NCBI RefSeq assembly: GCF_006345805.1 | Contig: NC_042998.1 | Span: 123,752,001-123,816,000, forward strand | Length of the DNA: 64,000 nt | Reading direction: 5' to 3' | DNA from: Octopus sinensis | Taxonomy: Eukaryota | Part shown: in pieces, positions 50,396 to 63,299 of the stretch | Layout: the number at the start of each line of letters is the position of its first letter | Numbering within the stretch: position 1 is the first letter of the stretch | Translations under genes and position numbers: made by a program | The notes under the pieces: generated by a model | Databases searched by the model: none | Told to the model about the DNA's origin: nothing | Seen by the model: the letters and a program-made list of their open reading frames with translations, nothing else

Positions 50396-52444
50396 TCATA
50401 CATACCTATGCATATACAAACATACATATGCATACATAGTAAAGACAAGAATAGGTTTTGATCCTTTGATATTTTCAATCCATTTATTAGACGTGTTTTG
50501 AATAATTATGTAACTATTTTTGAAAGATGAATTTTGAATTGAGAAGTGTGGTTAAAAGGTGGTTGGTCTTGAAATTACTGATCCGCGAAAGCAATATGTG
50601 CGTGTATGTGTTTGTGTGTATATATATATACACAAACATATATTATTTTGGCATATTACTAGGGAACTCTACCACTATGAATATTATAACCCATGACAAC
50701 GAAATATTTTAAATTATATTATTGTTGACATTTAGTGTCGTACGTCATATATAATATTATGTATTTCAAATGAATTCATGTTTAAATAATATCCGAAATG
50801 TAATTCCATTTCCTTTATATCAACAGCCATAAACAGCAATACGTCATTTAGAGATATAAGAATATTTATCATTTGTCATATGTTTACAAATATTCAGACC
50901 AAAATGTGGAATTTTAGACACTTATTAAAACAAATTCGTAACCATAGTAAAATTAATTACCCTGATGTTGATTTATCACTTGAATATTCGCACATTTTCA
51001 ACGCAGAACCAATATTAGTAATGGTTACGGTGGGATCATAGTAGTGCTACTGCCGCTCACAACCATGATAACGTTGAAGAAAACAACGACGATGAAGTTG
51101 GTGATGGTTATGATAATAATGAGGATGATGAGATATTTGGAGGACAACTGAGAGACAATGCCGATGGATATGATTTTGATGATATTGATCCTCATACTGC
51201 GTTTGGCATTATGATTACAATTGTCGTCTGCCTAGAGTCTGTCACGAATGAGGAGATAACTACTCTAGGTAGATGGCGCTGTGAGCTGATCTAGGTGTAT
51301 AGATCTCATATGTCAACAGGCGACATATTTTCTATGATAAAACGAAGTGAGTAGCTTGTTCCCCAGATCGAACGTGCATCAAGCATATTCGAACTGATAG
51401 CACTGCAATTTTGATTTCGTCTTTTATTGATAAGGATGATGGTGGTAATATGGACAATAGTGATGCCAAAGCTGACGACAGATACACATATGTGTTTTTT
51501 GTTTTGTTTTGTTCCTTCTCGAGCCATGCCCGGCTCATAAGGGCCGGTTTCCCGGTTTCAACACATGTGTAAATTCAAAAATTCAAATGCCTAAATGTTG
51601 GTCAAATAAGAAGATAAACATATTCTTTCAGTGCTATTGTTATGCGGGAATAACTTGAGTCCCCTGTGGGAGGACCAGTAGATTTGTTAACCGCTCCTAA
51701 GAGTTCTTATACCGGATTCTATCTCCAGTCAATAGCATATGTCCGATTGCACCATTCTGGAAAGATAAATTTGCATAAATGTGTTTGTGATGCATGTGTC
51801 TGAATGTGTTTTATGCATCTACATGAGTCTACATGCGCGTGCACATCTTCGACTGTGTTCATTTGTAGCAGATGAGTTATATATAATTTCATTCTAATAA
51901 TTCCCATATATTATGAGTAAATACAGTTGATATTAATATAATTATTATTTTTCAGAATGAATATTTGAGTAAATATTTAATTTCTTGCAAAATATTTTCA
52001 TACACTAGGAATTTATTATGGAAAATTTTAGTTGCGTTTGCAATTTCATTTGTCAGTGGATAAATATAAGCGACATTTTACATCGGATTTAATACGTTAA
52101 GGTTGACTTCACATTTCACTTCAGAAATTGGTATCTTGGACACACTACTAAGTTATAAGGTTATGGGGTTGCAAAGACTGACACAAAGACACATACATAT
52201 GTGTGTTTGTGTACATATATTTATTACGGAGAATTCAAGCCGTTTGTGAAATAGTCAGCGTATAGATATAACAGCTATTTTACCTCAGATCTTATATATT
52301 GAGTTATACTATATTGATTTACAGAATTGCGACATTATTAAAACATTGAAATTGTTATTACCCAATAGCTTTCTAAAGCGGCGAGCTGGCAGCATCGCTA
52401 ACTTCTGAGTTCAAATTTTGCCGAATCTCTATCTATCTATATGT

Positions 52445-52778
52445 ATGCGCGGGGACATAGAAATAATCGGACAGAATATCCGATCGCGCGGTTAAACCAT
52501 TGGGAGTGAAGGACTCCTAGCCTTTGTTAGGGCATCCTTCTAGGAGAAGGTAACTCAGGTAACTGGGATAACTCCGACATAAAACCTGCGGCTCAGTGGT
52601 TACCGATGATGTTGACTTGTTCTTCTTTTCGGATTATGGCTGCTTAGTGAGTGGGATTGACTCCGTGCACAGCTTTTCTTTACTTAAAAAAAGAATTTTC
52701 TTGCACAGGCATTGCACAATCACAACATTGATTAAGCTTCGAGCAATGGTCATACTCGATAACGAGGGGGCAGCCACC
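52445..52778 (+). mobile_element. 5'-truncated copy of the bipartite RTE-derived element, followed by (ATGT)n
   Basis: Reverse complement of 472-810 at roughly 90% identity by eye. Confidence 0.8.
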
Positions 52779-52959
52779 ATGTATGTATGTATGTAGTATG
52801 TATGTATGTATGTATGTATGTATGTATGTATGTATGTATGTATGTATGTATGTATGTATGTATGTGTGTATGTATGTATGTATGTATATTTCTAGCTATC
52901 TATTTATCGCTCTCTTTCCTGTGTGTTTGTGTGTGCGTGTGTGTGTATCCGTCTACCAA

Positions 52960-53065
52960 GTCAACTCAGAAGTCTATGGCCCAACGTGCCACATGGTGGG
53001 ACTGAACCTGGAACCATGTACTTACGGAGTTTATTTCTTACCACAGAGCCACGTCTACGCCTATA
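52960..53065 (-). mobile_element. SINE family C head fragment
   Basis: Reverse complement TAGGCGTAGACGTGGCTCTGTGGTAAG...GGTTCAGTCCCACCATGTGGCACGTTGGGC. Confidence 0.65.
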
Positions 53066-53190
53066 ATAGTTAACATTTGCTACATCACGTAGGTAATGAG
53101 AGAAATAGCATATTTCATTATTATATTTTCTTCATTTAATTCGATTGCTTAAATCAATGACAAAACAAAAATACCAGCAATATACTAATT

Positions 53191-53334
53191 AGGCATAAGG
53201 CTAATTGAAATACTGTCCATGTCGACTTTGGTTTTTAACCTTTCGGGGTCAATAAAATAATTACCAGTTCAGCACTGGAGCCGACTACATCGACTTTCCC
53301 CTTTCTCCGAATTTATTGGCCTTGTGTACTATTG
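53191..53334 (+). mobile_element. Deleted/decayed SINE family M with TSD
   Basis: GTCGACTTTG..TTTCGGGGTC core; TACTAATTAGG repeated at 53183-53193 and 53335-53345. Confidence 0.7.
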
Positions 53335-54888
53335 TACTAATTAGGTTCATATGAGAACCAATTTATGCACATTGTTTTCTTGCAGTCGTGGTATCTAAGG
53401 AATTTCTCGCAGTAAATCTAATTTGCTGCCCTGCCTATCACTGAAACACATTAAAAATAATTCATCTTACATCTGTAAAATACAAGTAAAGATTCCATGT
53501 CAATGAGGTATACTAATAATATCGAACCATATCTGTAGTTGTCTCTATACTGGAAATAGTTAGGACTCACTCTTTACTACATACCCATAAATTTTCTTGG
53601 TTAATTTATATTTCGGTGTTATTTTCTATGCATTTCTTGAGTAGAATTAATCATTAAAATAACTGTGTTTTCTTGTCTCTACGCATAAAATTTTAATTAA
53701 TTAAAATATTTTGATTCACTGCATTAAGTATTTTAGCACCGAATTAACAATATTATTGAGTAGATTGATTCTAATTTGTTTTCTCTCTGCGGAAAATTAA
53801 ATTTGTAGGAAATGAATAGTAATTGAAACTCAACTTAAAGTATAAGCTAACCGATTAGGCGTATCGACTTAAATATATAATATGAATCATATGTCCTTCA
53901 GTTTACAGGATTATTCTCACGGGAAAAACATAAACATCACTTTTTCTGAATGAACTATGCATAGTGTACTTCTTTCCGGGAAAAAAATGCCTGATATACT
54001 GTGACTAGGTGACACATTAGAAGAAATAGTTATTTCATATAGGTAAAAGTGGGAGTACACTACTACACAAATATAATTATTATATATTCTCTCATCATTT
54101 TCGGTTTCGATTACAAACTACACTGAAGCACTAGTGTGGCCGGGCTTCTTGAGCTGAAACTAGTTAAAAGAAGTAATAAAGTTAACTCATTTACTTCAAT
54201 GGACTCAATCTGTTTTTGATCTGATTTAGACATGAATATTGAGTTCTGTATCATTTTTGAAACGAAATATTGGAGAATATACAAAGTCTCTAATACATAA
54301 TTTTACATAACGAGTGTTTAGGATGCTTGAAATAGGGAACCATTAATACTAAACACTACATTATAACATATGCATATCAAAATCATACGTTCTGGTACAG
54401 GATTATACCAGCAGATGAAAATCATCAAGCAGTGGCGAAAACATTACCGAAGTGTAGTTCTGCTTCTCTGAGCTTCGTTAGTGGCAAGTATTCCCTGGCA
54501 TTACATAAAAAGGGAAAATCGACTGCTAATTGGTATCGTTGTACTGAGAATGAAAATAATTGACATCGCATTTAGACAGCGATATTTCAATTTGATTTTA
54601 ACGACGGAATCCCTACTAGTTTAAAAGAGTATTCTGTGTATCGTAGCCTCATTGTTATAAATCTGCTACTGTACAAGACAGGCATTGTTATACATGTCTG
54701 CATTTGAAATAATTCGTTATTACTTTAACGCTATACGTATTTTCGAAACGTATACCGTGGTTTAATAGGCTTCACACGAATCACTAGCTCTAAGTATGAT
54801 ATAAGTTCTGTCACCTGAGCCCGACGAACGAGGTTTCTGTGAGGAGCCTATGAAAGTTCAAGATGCATCTGGCCGAATCAAACTGTTA

Positions 54889-54897
54889 ATAATGATG

Positions 54898-54995
<98 letters not shown>
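54889..54995. repeat. (TAA)n array
   Basis: Directly visible; probably the tail of a LINE 3'UTR at about 54800-54888. Confidence 0.9.
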
Positions 54996-54996
<1 letters not shown>

Positions 54997-55350
54997 CAAA
55001 CATTAAGGAATAACAACATAAAAAAGATGGAATAGTCACACGCCAGAAAAGGTCACAGGAAATAAGAAAGCAACCATGCTCTGGGATATGCCAAGACACA
55101 GACAAAGGAATTTATGGCAATAGGCTAGATGTAGTTGTCAGAGATTACCAAGAAAAATAAAACGCTTTCTAATCGATGTATCAATATCAACAGCTGACAA
55201 TGTTTCTCTAAAAGAAACGGAGTAACTTTCAAAATACAGATATCTGAAAATAGAGGTAACTCGAATGTCCGTCAAGAAAACAGAAACAATTCCTATCATA
55301 GTAGGCACATTAGGTATAGTATAAAAAAATATTCAAATACATAACAAATA
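54996..55350 (+). mobile_element. RLE domain fragment of an R4/Dong-like element
   Basis: KATMLWDMP...NR.DVVV..FLIDVSI...KY..LKIEVTRM...TETIPIIVG.LG. Confidence 0.8.
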
Positions 55351-55354
55351 CATA

Positions 55355-55440
55355 ACTGGGGTCGATATAATCGACTTAATCTGTTTGTTTGTCATTGTTT
55401 GTCCTCTCTGTGTTGAGCCCCTTGTGGGTAGTAAAGAAAG
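55355..55440 (+). mobile_element. SINE family M, 3' fragment
   Basis: CTGGGGTCGATATAATCGACTTAATC...AGCCCCTTGTGGGTAGTAAAGAA. Confidence 0.75.
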
Positions 55441-56714
55441 AGATATGGAGAGTGTAGCATCAGTATGTACAGCAAATGATGGTGAAATTATTCTTTTTTA
55501 TAATAATACAAGATATTAGAACCTGTACGTGTTTATAATAACAAATGACGCTCTAAAAGTACACGAATTATTTCAATACACATCTCCCATCATGATCTTC
55601 CAAACAGAAAGTAACCGGTGATGGAAAGGCGGTGATATATTGTTTCAGCTACCTATGAGTGATAAGATGATGCTCAGGCGGTTAAGATTTTTTTCGATAT
55701 GTATAGTATGTGTATCGAAAAATAATTTTTCTGAATTAAATTAGATGCATAACACGATAGTGGATTGACACTATGAAACTATTATAACGGTTGTGAGTTG
55801 GATAGATGTAGGTACAACGTAATTGAGCTTATATATGCATACTCACGCGCTCGTATATATCTTTATATATGTGTGCTTGTGTGTGTGTAAGTATATGTTT
55901 ATGAGTATTCGCGTATATAATTAATACGTGCATGTGCATATGAAAGTGCATGTCAACGTCCATATATCTCAGAAAGAGTAGATCGCTTTCAGGTTTTTTT
56001 TCAAGATAATCTGTATACTAATGCTTTTGAACAAATTTATTCTCAAAATGTTGGACTCCATATCCTATATTTTAGTCACACACAATAAATAAATAAATAA
56101 ATACGTGGTAAAAAATAAAATCGTGGAAAACTAATGTAGTGATGGAACGGATTATATCTGAAATCGTAACTAATGAATATTCGTTACGCTAGAAATTCTT
56201 GTTAATATATTTTATTTTGTTTCCCATATAAATGATTCCATTACCTTCATATATATTTGCAATTAGGTTTAATTTGTACGTAATGTGTTTTCTATAGATT
56301 CAATTTACAAATTTACAATTGATTTCAAGCAGAGTGTTTTACTTTTGCTTAATCGCAGCAGAAAAAAATACTCACAACGTTGAGGAAAAGACTACAAACT
56401 GAAACATAGATAGAATTTAAATATCAAATGCATTACGCTAAAACGAAGAAAATCCAAATAAATATACAATTTTGTAAGTAGTTCTTTTGTGTGAAAATTA
56501 CATGTACGAATATATAGGAAAACTATTCTATACATTTTTTCTAGTAATTTAGAAGATTACTGATACTTTAACATTTCTATATCAAAGTTGATAGGTAATT
56601 TGCCCACAAGGTAATGAGCGGATATACATAAGTACATTGATACCTGCATGCTTCAAATACATATATACACACGCATATAGTCTTCTTCTTTTTGTTATTC
56701 TTCTTCTTCTTCTT

Positions 56715-56786
<72 letters not shown>

Positions 56787-57294
56787 GAGTAAGAGAGTAG
56801 TGCATGCCACCAAAGTAACACAGGGGTAAAATGTACGAGGCCAAGTATACCCATTATGACTACCTGTCTGATAAGTGTGCACCAGACACATGCATCACAA
56901 CCATATCAAGATAAGCAATGCATGACCTTGCAGATGAGGTTCAGTTAGAATGATTTTCAGGTTGAGTAACCCATCCCGCTCAAAAGTTCCATGAATAAGG
57001 GTTGTTTAAGGATGCTGAACGGAACACTCATGTTTCCAGATGTCAATTATTCAAACCCCAAAGAATTCCTCTTAACACACAGCTATGAGGCTTTCCCGCT
57101 ATTTCTGCTTGTGTAAGAGATATACATATCATCAGCCACTAAGGAACATGCTCAACTTGATAAAGTCAAACAACTGACAAACAAATCTGTGGTATTGAGC
57201 AGAATATCTACACCAAAACAAAACGATGTACATGAAAACATCCCCAGTCAGTTAAGATCAAAATCCATGAGATTCACTGGTACTGCATCAGGGT
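56787..57294 (-). mobile_element. ~510-bp non-coding retroposon-like element ending in (TAA)n
   Basis: No ORF; 3' end runs into (TAA)n; shares both termini with 44228-44347. Confidence 0.6.
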
Positions 57295-57350
57295 GTTTGT
57301 TTGTTATTATTCGTGTTGTGGTTTTGTTGTTGCTGTTGTTATTATTATTA

Positions 57351-58735
57351 TTTCTCTTTATCACAGGTTTTGGTGGAGCTTTTCGAGTTTTGCATGCCTA
57401 CAGTATCATGCTTTTCGATCTTTTCAGCTACCCGATACTTCCCTTATTATTCTGGCCGTGCCAAGGAGGCAAAACTTTTGTCACAATTCTTATGCGCACT
57501 CTATTCCAATTTCCTTTATAGTCCCCTTGATGCCGTCTGATACCGTTCACAAGGATCCAACAGTAACTGGCACTATCTTTACCTCCTTCATTTCCATAAC
57601 CGGGCAATTACGTACTTAAGATGGTTATAATTAACCAATTTTTTGCCTTCCTTCTTGACTATTCGTGTGTCAAAAGGGCGTGTGACATTAACTATATAGT
57701 ATATGTGGTACATCTTATCCACCACCACTAGGTCCGGTATCTTATGCTCTAGTACCTGATCTGTTGGGATTGGAAAATGTCAAAAGAATTTGCCAGTCTC
57801 TGATTCCGCCACTCTCTGTGGTTTGCGCTCGTATCACGTCTTGTCTCTCTCCCTAGCCCCTACTTTTCGCACAGTTTACAATGTAACGCTTTCGCTACCA
57901 GATCCTGTAGCCACAACTCATAGTGGGTTTGGTCAAGTCTAGGACACTCGTTCGTCATATGGGGTAATGGTTTCATTCACCCTATAACAGATGCGATCCA
58001 GCGGAAAAATTTGCTCGTTCCTCAGGTTGACACTCCAGCTCGTGGCAAGAGCTTGGTCATGCGCTGCCAGTATAGTGCGCTCGGTTTCTTTTTTTAAGGT
58101 TACATTCGTCAGTCAATCCCACCTATTTTTTCCAGTAACTTCTGTTGTGGCTGCTACATAGAATTGATTGTGCTCTCCCTTCTTGCGTAATTCATCTTTG
58201 TACTTTTCTTTTTTTTCTCTGCTCTCTATACTTCCTCGTTTATAACTGTCACTAGCAATGTTTCCTTACTTTGGTCTAGCTATCTCATTAAACTCTCGAG
58301 TTCGATAGGCACGCAGTCATCCACACGTATTAACCCTTTTCTTCCATTTCCTCTCTTCATGTATAGGTGATCAGTGCCTGCGTCTGGATGATGGGCTCCG
58401 TGCATCGTTTCCACCTCCTTTAACTCCTCTTTTGTTCACTTCAGGATTCCAGCGCCATACCGAACTACTGCGACTGTGTGAGACTTTATGGCTGAAATTA
58501 TGTTTCTAGCATTCAGCTTTGAAGACAATATTTTTGTCACTCTCCGCAGGTACTCTCTTCATGTCGTGGTGTTTGATTCCATCTACCTCAAGTATTCACA
58601 GGTATTTACAACTGGATTGAGGTTGAATTACCTTCACATTTCACTACTTGGCAAGCACATGCCTTCTGTCCTGGCAGGTTTCCTCGTCTCATCACCATCT
58701 TAGCACATTTTGAGAGTCAACCTCCATCTGAAATT
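57351..58735 (-). mobile_element. 5'-truncated R4/Dong-like element
   Basis: KYL..LE.DGI, YLRRV.KILSSKLNARN, VRYGAGIL.W, CCHC region, RPD..VVDK, VTVGSL.TV, LLGTARIIR; (TAA)n tail. Confidence 0.85.
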
Positions 58736-58809
58736 CCTCCTCCTCCTGCTCATCATCATCATCATCATCATCATCATCGTCGTCGTCGTCGTCGTCGTCG
58801 TCATCATCG

Positions 58810-58858
<49 letters not shown>

Positions 58859-58863
58859 TATTA

Positions 58864-58930
<67 letters not shown>

Positions 58931-60603
58931 TGCCTTTGCACAGCTTCTAACGCTGAAGATGTACTATAGTGTCAGGTCTTCACTACCAGTAAACTAAGGT
59001 AACACCTCTTATTCTTCGAGCACCTTCCGGAGTATTCGAACAGTTCCAAGCAGTGCTGTTTTCTGCAAGTGTTCCAACCTTATTGCATCCCCTATTTGTT
59101 CCACGTACTTCTTGAGGTTTTTGCTCACTGTTCCCAGGGCTCCGACAATTATTGGTACTACTGCTACCTTTTTCATCGACCACAACTGCTTAACTTCCCA
59201 AGCTAACCTGTCGTATCTCTCAACATTTCTTTCTTCCTCATCACATACATTGTTGTCAGCTGGGCATGCTATATCTATGATCCAGAATAGTTTGTTTTCT
59301 TTCTCAATTAAGATTATGTCTGGCTTCCTATTCTGTATTGCATGGGCGCACTGAATGATAAAATCCCATAGGATCTTTGCATTTCTGTTTTTGACGATGC
59401 CCTCAGGTTTATGGTCGTAGCAATTTTTTGTTCTGTCAAGTCCATACTTGTTGCAGAATGCCCAATGGGCAAGCCTGGCTATATTGTCATGGCGTCTCTT
59501 ATATTCCTTCTGTGTTAGTGGCGTACATTGCCTGGTAATATTCCATACGGTTTCACCGTTTTGTCCACAGATTCTGCATTTATCACTTTCTGTTGTGTTG
59601 CATATTGTATATTTTATGTAGTTTTTTCTTAGTGCTTGCTCTTGGGCAGCACAGAATAGAGCCTCTGTTTCCGGTTTTAAATGAATTTTAGTCATCCACA
59701 GTCATCGTTTTTCTCTGTCTGTCTTGACTTCAACATCCCTATGAAATTGACAATGCATTCTTTTCTTTACCCACCTATTTTCAGTTTCATTCATTTTCAA
59801 TTTATTGTATAGTGCTTTATCTTTGCAATCTTTCACCCCACACAAGCCTGACCTTCATAATTCTAATAATAGCGGTTCTGTGGCATTTTTACATACCATG
59901 CTATGTTGTTTTCTACCGCTCTAATACTGTGTTCGCATCCAATAAGTCAACTTCCCCCTATTTTTCTGGGTACATAAATTTGTCTGTGTCACTTTCTGGG
60001 TGGAGTGACCCATATCTAGTTAGCATCTTCCTTGTCTTTCTGTCTAAGCTACTGTCCATGCGCATACCCCTGCTCCATATCCAAGGAGTGAAACCGCCCA
60101 GATGTTGATTGCTTCGATCTTATTCCGTCCATTTAATTTCGATTCAAGGATCAGTCTCAGACTGCGCAAGTACTCCACCTTAAGTTTTTTTGTCATTTCT
60201 TTCTCAATCAATTTATCCATTCCCAGTATCCCCAAGTACTTATAGCCTGTCTCTTCTATCTGCTTTATAACCTCCTCCGACAGTATCGTTAGCCCGTCCA
60301 TAAATTTTATTTTTGCCTCTCTTTAAGACTAACACACTTTCTCAGTCCAAACTCCATTCTGATATCAGCACTGAAGGTATACACTGCATCAACTAGGGAG
60401 CTGACTTGGGATTCATCTGTACCATAAAGTTTGAGGTCATCTATGAATAACAAATGGTTGACTTTTTGCTTGGTGGTTTTTGAATACATACCCAGCGTTT
60501 CCTTTCCTCAGAATCAGTGTTAGTGGTATCGAGCACAGTACAAAGATCAGTGGGAGCAGGCAGTAACCCTTGGATTATGCCCCCTCCTAATTTCTACTGT
60601 CCC
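58931..60603 (-). mobile_element. R4/Dong-like element 3' half (RT domains 4-7, CCHC, RLE, 3'UTR)
   Basis: NHLLFIDDLKLY; intact 228-aa frame 59009-59695 with CRICGQNGETVWNI..CTPL...YKRRHD, RKPDIILIE, IDIACPAD and EYKR/KY motifs; (TAA)n tail. Confidence 0.92.
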
Positions 60604-63092
60604 TTATCTAGTTAGCATTTTCTTTGTCTTTCCGTGTATAGTTCGTCTAACGTCCATGCGAAATCCCCTGCTCCATATCTAAGGCGTGAAATCGTCCACG
60701 TGTTGATGGGTTCAAACTTATTCCGTCAGTTTAATTTCGATTTGAGGATCCGTCTCAGTGTGCGCATGTACTCCAACTTAAATTTTTCTGACACTTCTTT
60801 CTCCATCAATTTATCAATTTCCAAAATCCTCAAGTACTTAAAGGCCGTCTCTGCTTCATAACCGCCCCCGACGGTATCGTTAGCCCTTCCATACATTTGA
60901 TTTTGCCTCTCTTCAAGACTAACACACAACATTTTACCAGTCCAAACTCCATTCTGATATCAGCACTGAAGGTATACACCATATCAAGGACGGAACTGAC
61001 TTGTGCTTCACTTTACCATGAGGTTTGTCATCCATGAATAACAAATAACTTTTTGTTGGCGGTTTTTAAATATTTACCCGGCTTTTGCTTTCCTCATAAT
61101 CTGTGTCAGTGGTATCAGGCACAGTACAGAGATCAGCGTGAATAGGCAGTTCCCTTGGAAGATGCCCCTCCTAATTTCTACTGCCCCTAAACGTCTTCCG
61201 TATCCTGTCAGGTCCGTCATCCAATTCGCCATAATTTTTCCAAGCAATCGCTCAACATTTGATGCAATACCAGAGAGGTTCATGCAGTCTATAATCCAAG
61301 AATGTGGGATCATATCGTATGTCTTTCGATAGTCGATCCATAACATGGCTAAGTTACTTTTCCTCTTCTTGCAGTCTCAAAGTGCAGTTTTGTCTACCAA
61401 GATTTGATCCTTGGTACCTCTGCACTTACGCTTCCAACCCTTCTGCTCATGTGGCAGGATTCTATTTTTTCCAGATGATTCTATATTGACTTTGCGGGTA
61501 TTCCAGTTACTAACTTCCACATAAGTGGCAAACAGGATATCGACCTATTGCCTTTTCCATGTTTTTTAAGTACAGCACTGGTGATTAAGTAACACCACTC
61601 TGGTGTTACTTGGTCTGCATTTAACAAGGTGTTGAGTTGCGCAGCTATTCGTGCATGACATTCACCAAACCTTTTGATCCAGTAGCCTTGAAACCCATCT
61701 GGTCCCGAGGCCTCGCAGTTGCTCATTTTTTTTTTTTTTTGCTAATTTGCTTTACTTCCCTAACTGAAATGACTACTTCTGCCTATTTTGGACAGACTAC
61801 TGTTTCTGTCAGTTCTTGCAGCCATTCATTATCCTTCTTGGGCTCATTATCTCTGCTCCAGATTTCACTCCAAAACCTTTGACTTTCAGTGTTATCTGGT
61901 ATCAATTTTTCATCTGTACACTCTCCATTTATTTATTTATAGAATCTCTTCTGATCTACTCTGAATAAACTATTCTTGTGGTAACCCCTCATTCTTTGGT
62001 CGTATCTTATCATCTTTGCTTTCTTTGCAACGAGTTGCTGTTTCACTTCCTCCATTACAACTTTCAGGCCCTTTCTTTTTATATTATACTTCCTTTTCAG
62101 AGTCTTGTATTTTTGTTCGCTTTTAAGCTTCCCTTTGTCTTTTCTATCTTGTACAGAGATTTCCTTCGAGAGCATGTCTAACGCTGTCGGTATTCTTTTT
62201 TTGCGCCATGTATATTTTTTTTACTCTTGTCACTCCCATTATGTTTCTTTTACTTGACATCAACACTTACGTTTTCTGCTACAACAATACTTGCTTCCTT
62301 GATCAAATTATTTGTTTCTGTGATGTTGATTGTTCTGATGTATTTCAGAATTCCATTGACATTTTTCGATCAACCTTTTTAAGGTTGCAAATAAATAATG
62401 TCGCTATCATTCTCCTGTAGTCTTGCCCTTTTTTCTGGCGTAGATTGCCATTTGTTCATTCGTCATGCTGCCTTTAGTTTTATTGTATTCTTTTAGATCA
62501 TCTATGTGTCTCTCATCACGTCAACTACTACTGCTCCTTTCCTGTGTTTTGAGATTACTCTTATTAATAAGGCCTGAATTTTCATCGTTATCTCTGCTGC
62601 TATTTTCCATGACCTGTCGTCTTTTTATAGCTTCGAGCTCTACTTCTGTGAACCAGCGATTTTTTCTGATTGCTCTAGCTTGATCATATAGCATCTGTTC
62701 CGTAAATTGAAAAATCCCTTTTCTTTACAACCATATATAGGTTGTCGGTAACCCCTAATTTGAGCACTATTTTCATCTACACGGCTTCTCCGTTATTAAA
62801 GCTCCATGACCTCGGCATTCATTTGCTTGCTCGATCTACGCCGTGTATGGTGGTCCTTTGCCGGATATCGATAGGATGGAGCCGAGCCAGAATCTCTGAG
62901 CCTACCGGGTGCAACATTGTCAACGTCATTGTCTTCAGTTTCATTTCCACTGTTAATCACAATATTTTGTTTTTTCATTGCCATTCATATGAGGTATCGA
63001 TTATCAGGTTGTGCATTTACCAGGGTTTTTATTGTAACACCTTCACTAAAATGTATCATTAATCAGTCCATGGGAGGCTCCATCTGTTTCTT

Positions 63093-63094
<2 letters not shown>
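60601..63094 (-). mobile_element. R4/Dong-like element 5' part (5'UTR, N-terminal domain, RT), 3'-truncated
   Basis: RGYRQ..Y...K.KG.F..TEQMLYDQARAIRKNRWFTEVELE; EASGPDGFQGYWIKRF; WIDYRKTYDMIPHSWI; RRGIFQG; preceded by (TAA)n. Confidence 0.88.
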
Positions 63095-63144
<50 letters not shown>

Positions 63145-63170
63145 CATCACTGATATCACTGATATTATTG

Positions 63171-63201
<31 letters not shown>

Positions 63202-63299
63202 ATTATTATTATTATTATTATTTTATTATTATCATTATTATTATTATTATTATTATCATAATTATTATTATTATTATTATAATTATTATTATTATTATA
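63095..63299. repeat. (TTA)n array
   Basis: Directly visible. Confidence 0.95.

Noticed and set aside
59009-59695. Longest ORF (228 aa) as a host gene or domesticated nuclease
   Set aside because: It is the CCHC/RLE end of a retrotransposon whose upstream RT is disrupted; there are no splice or promoter signals.
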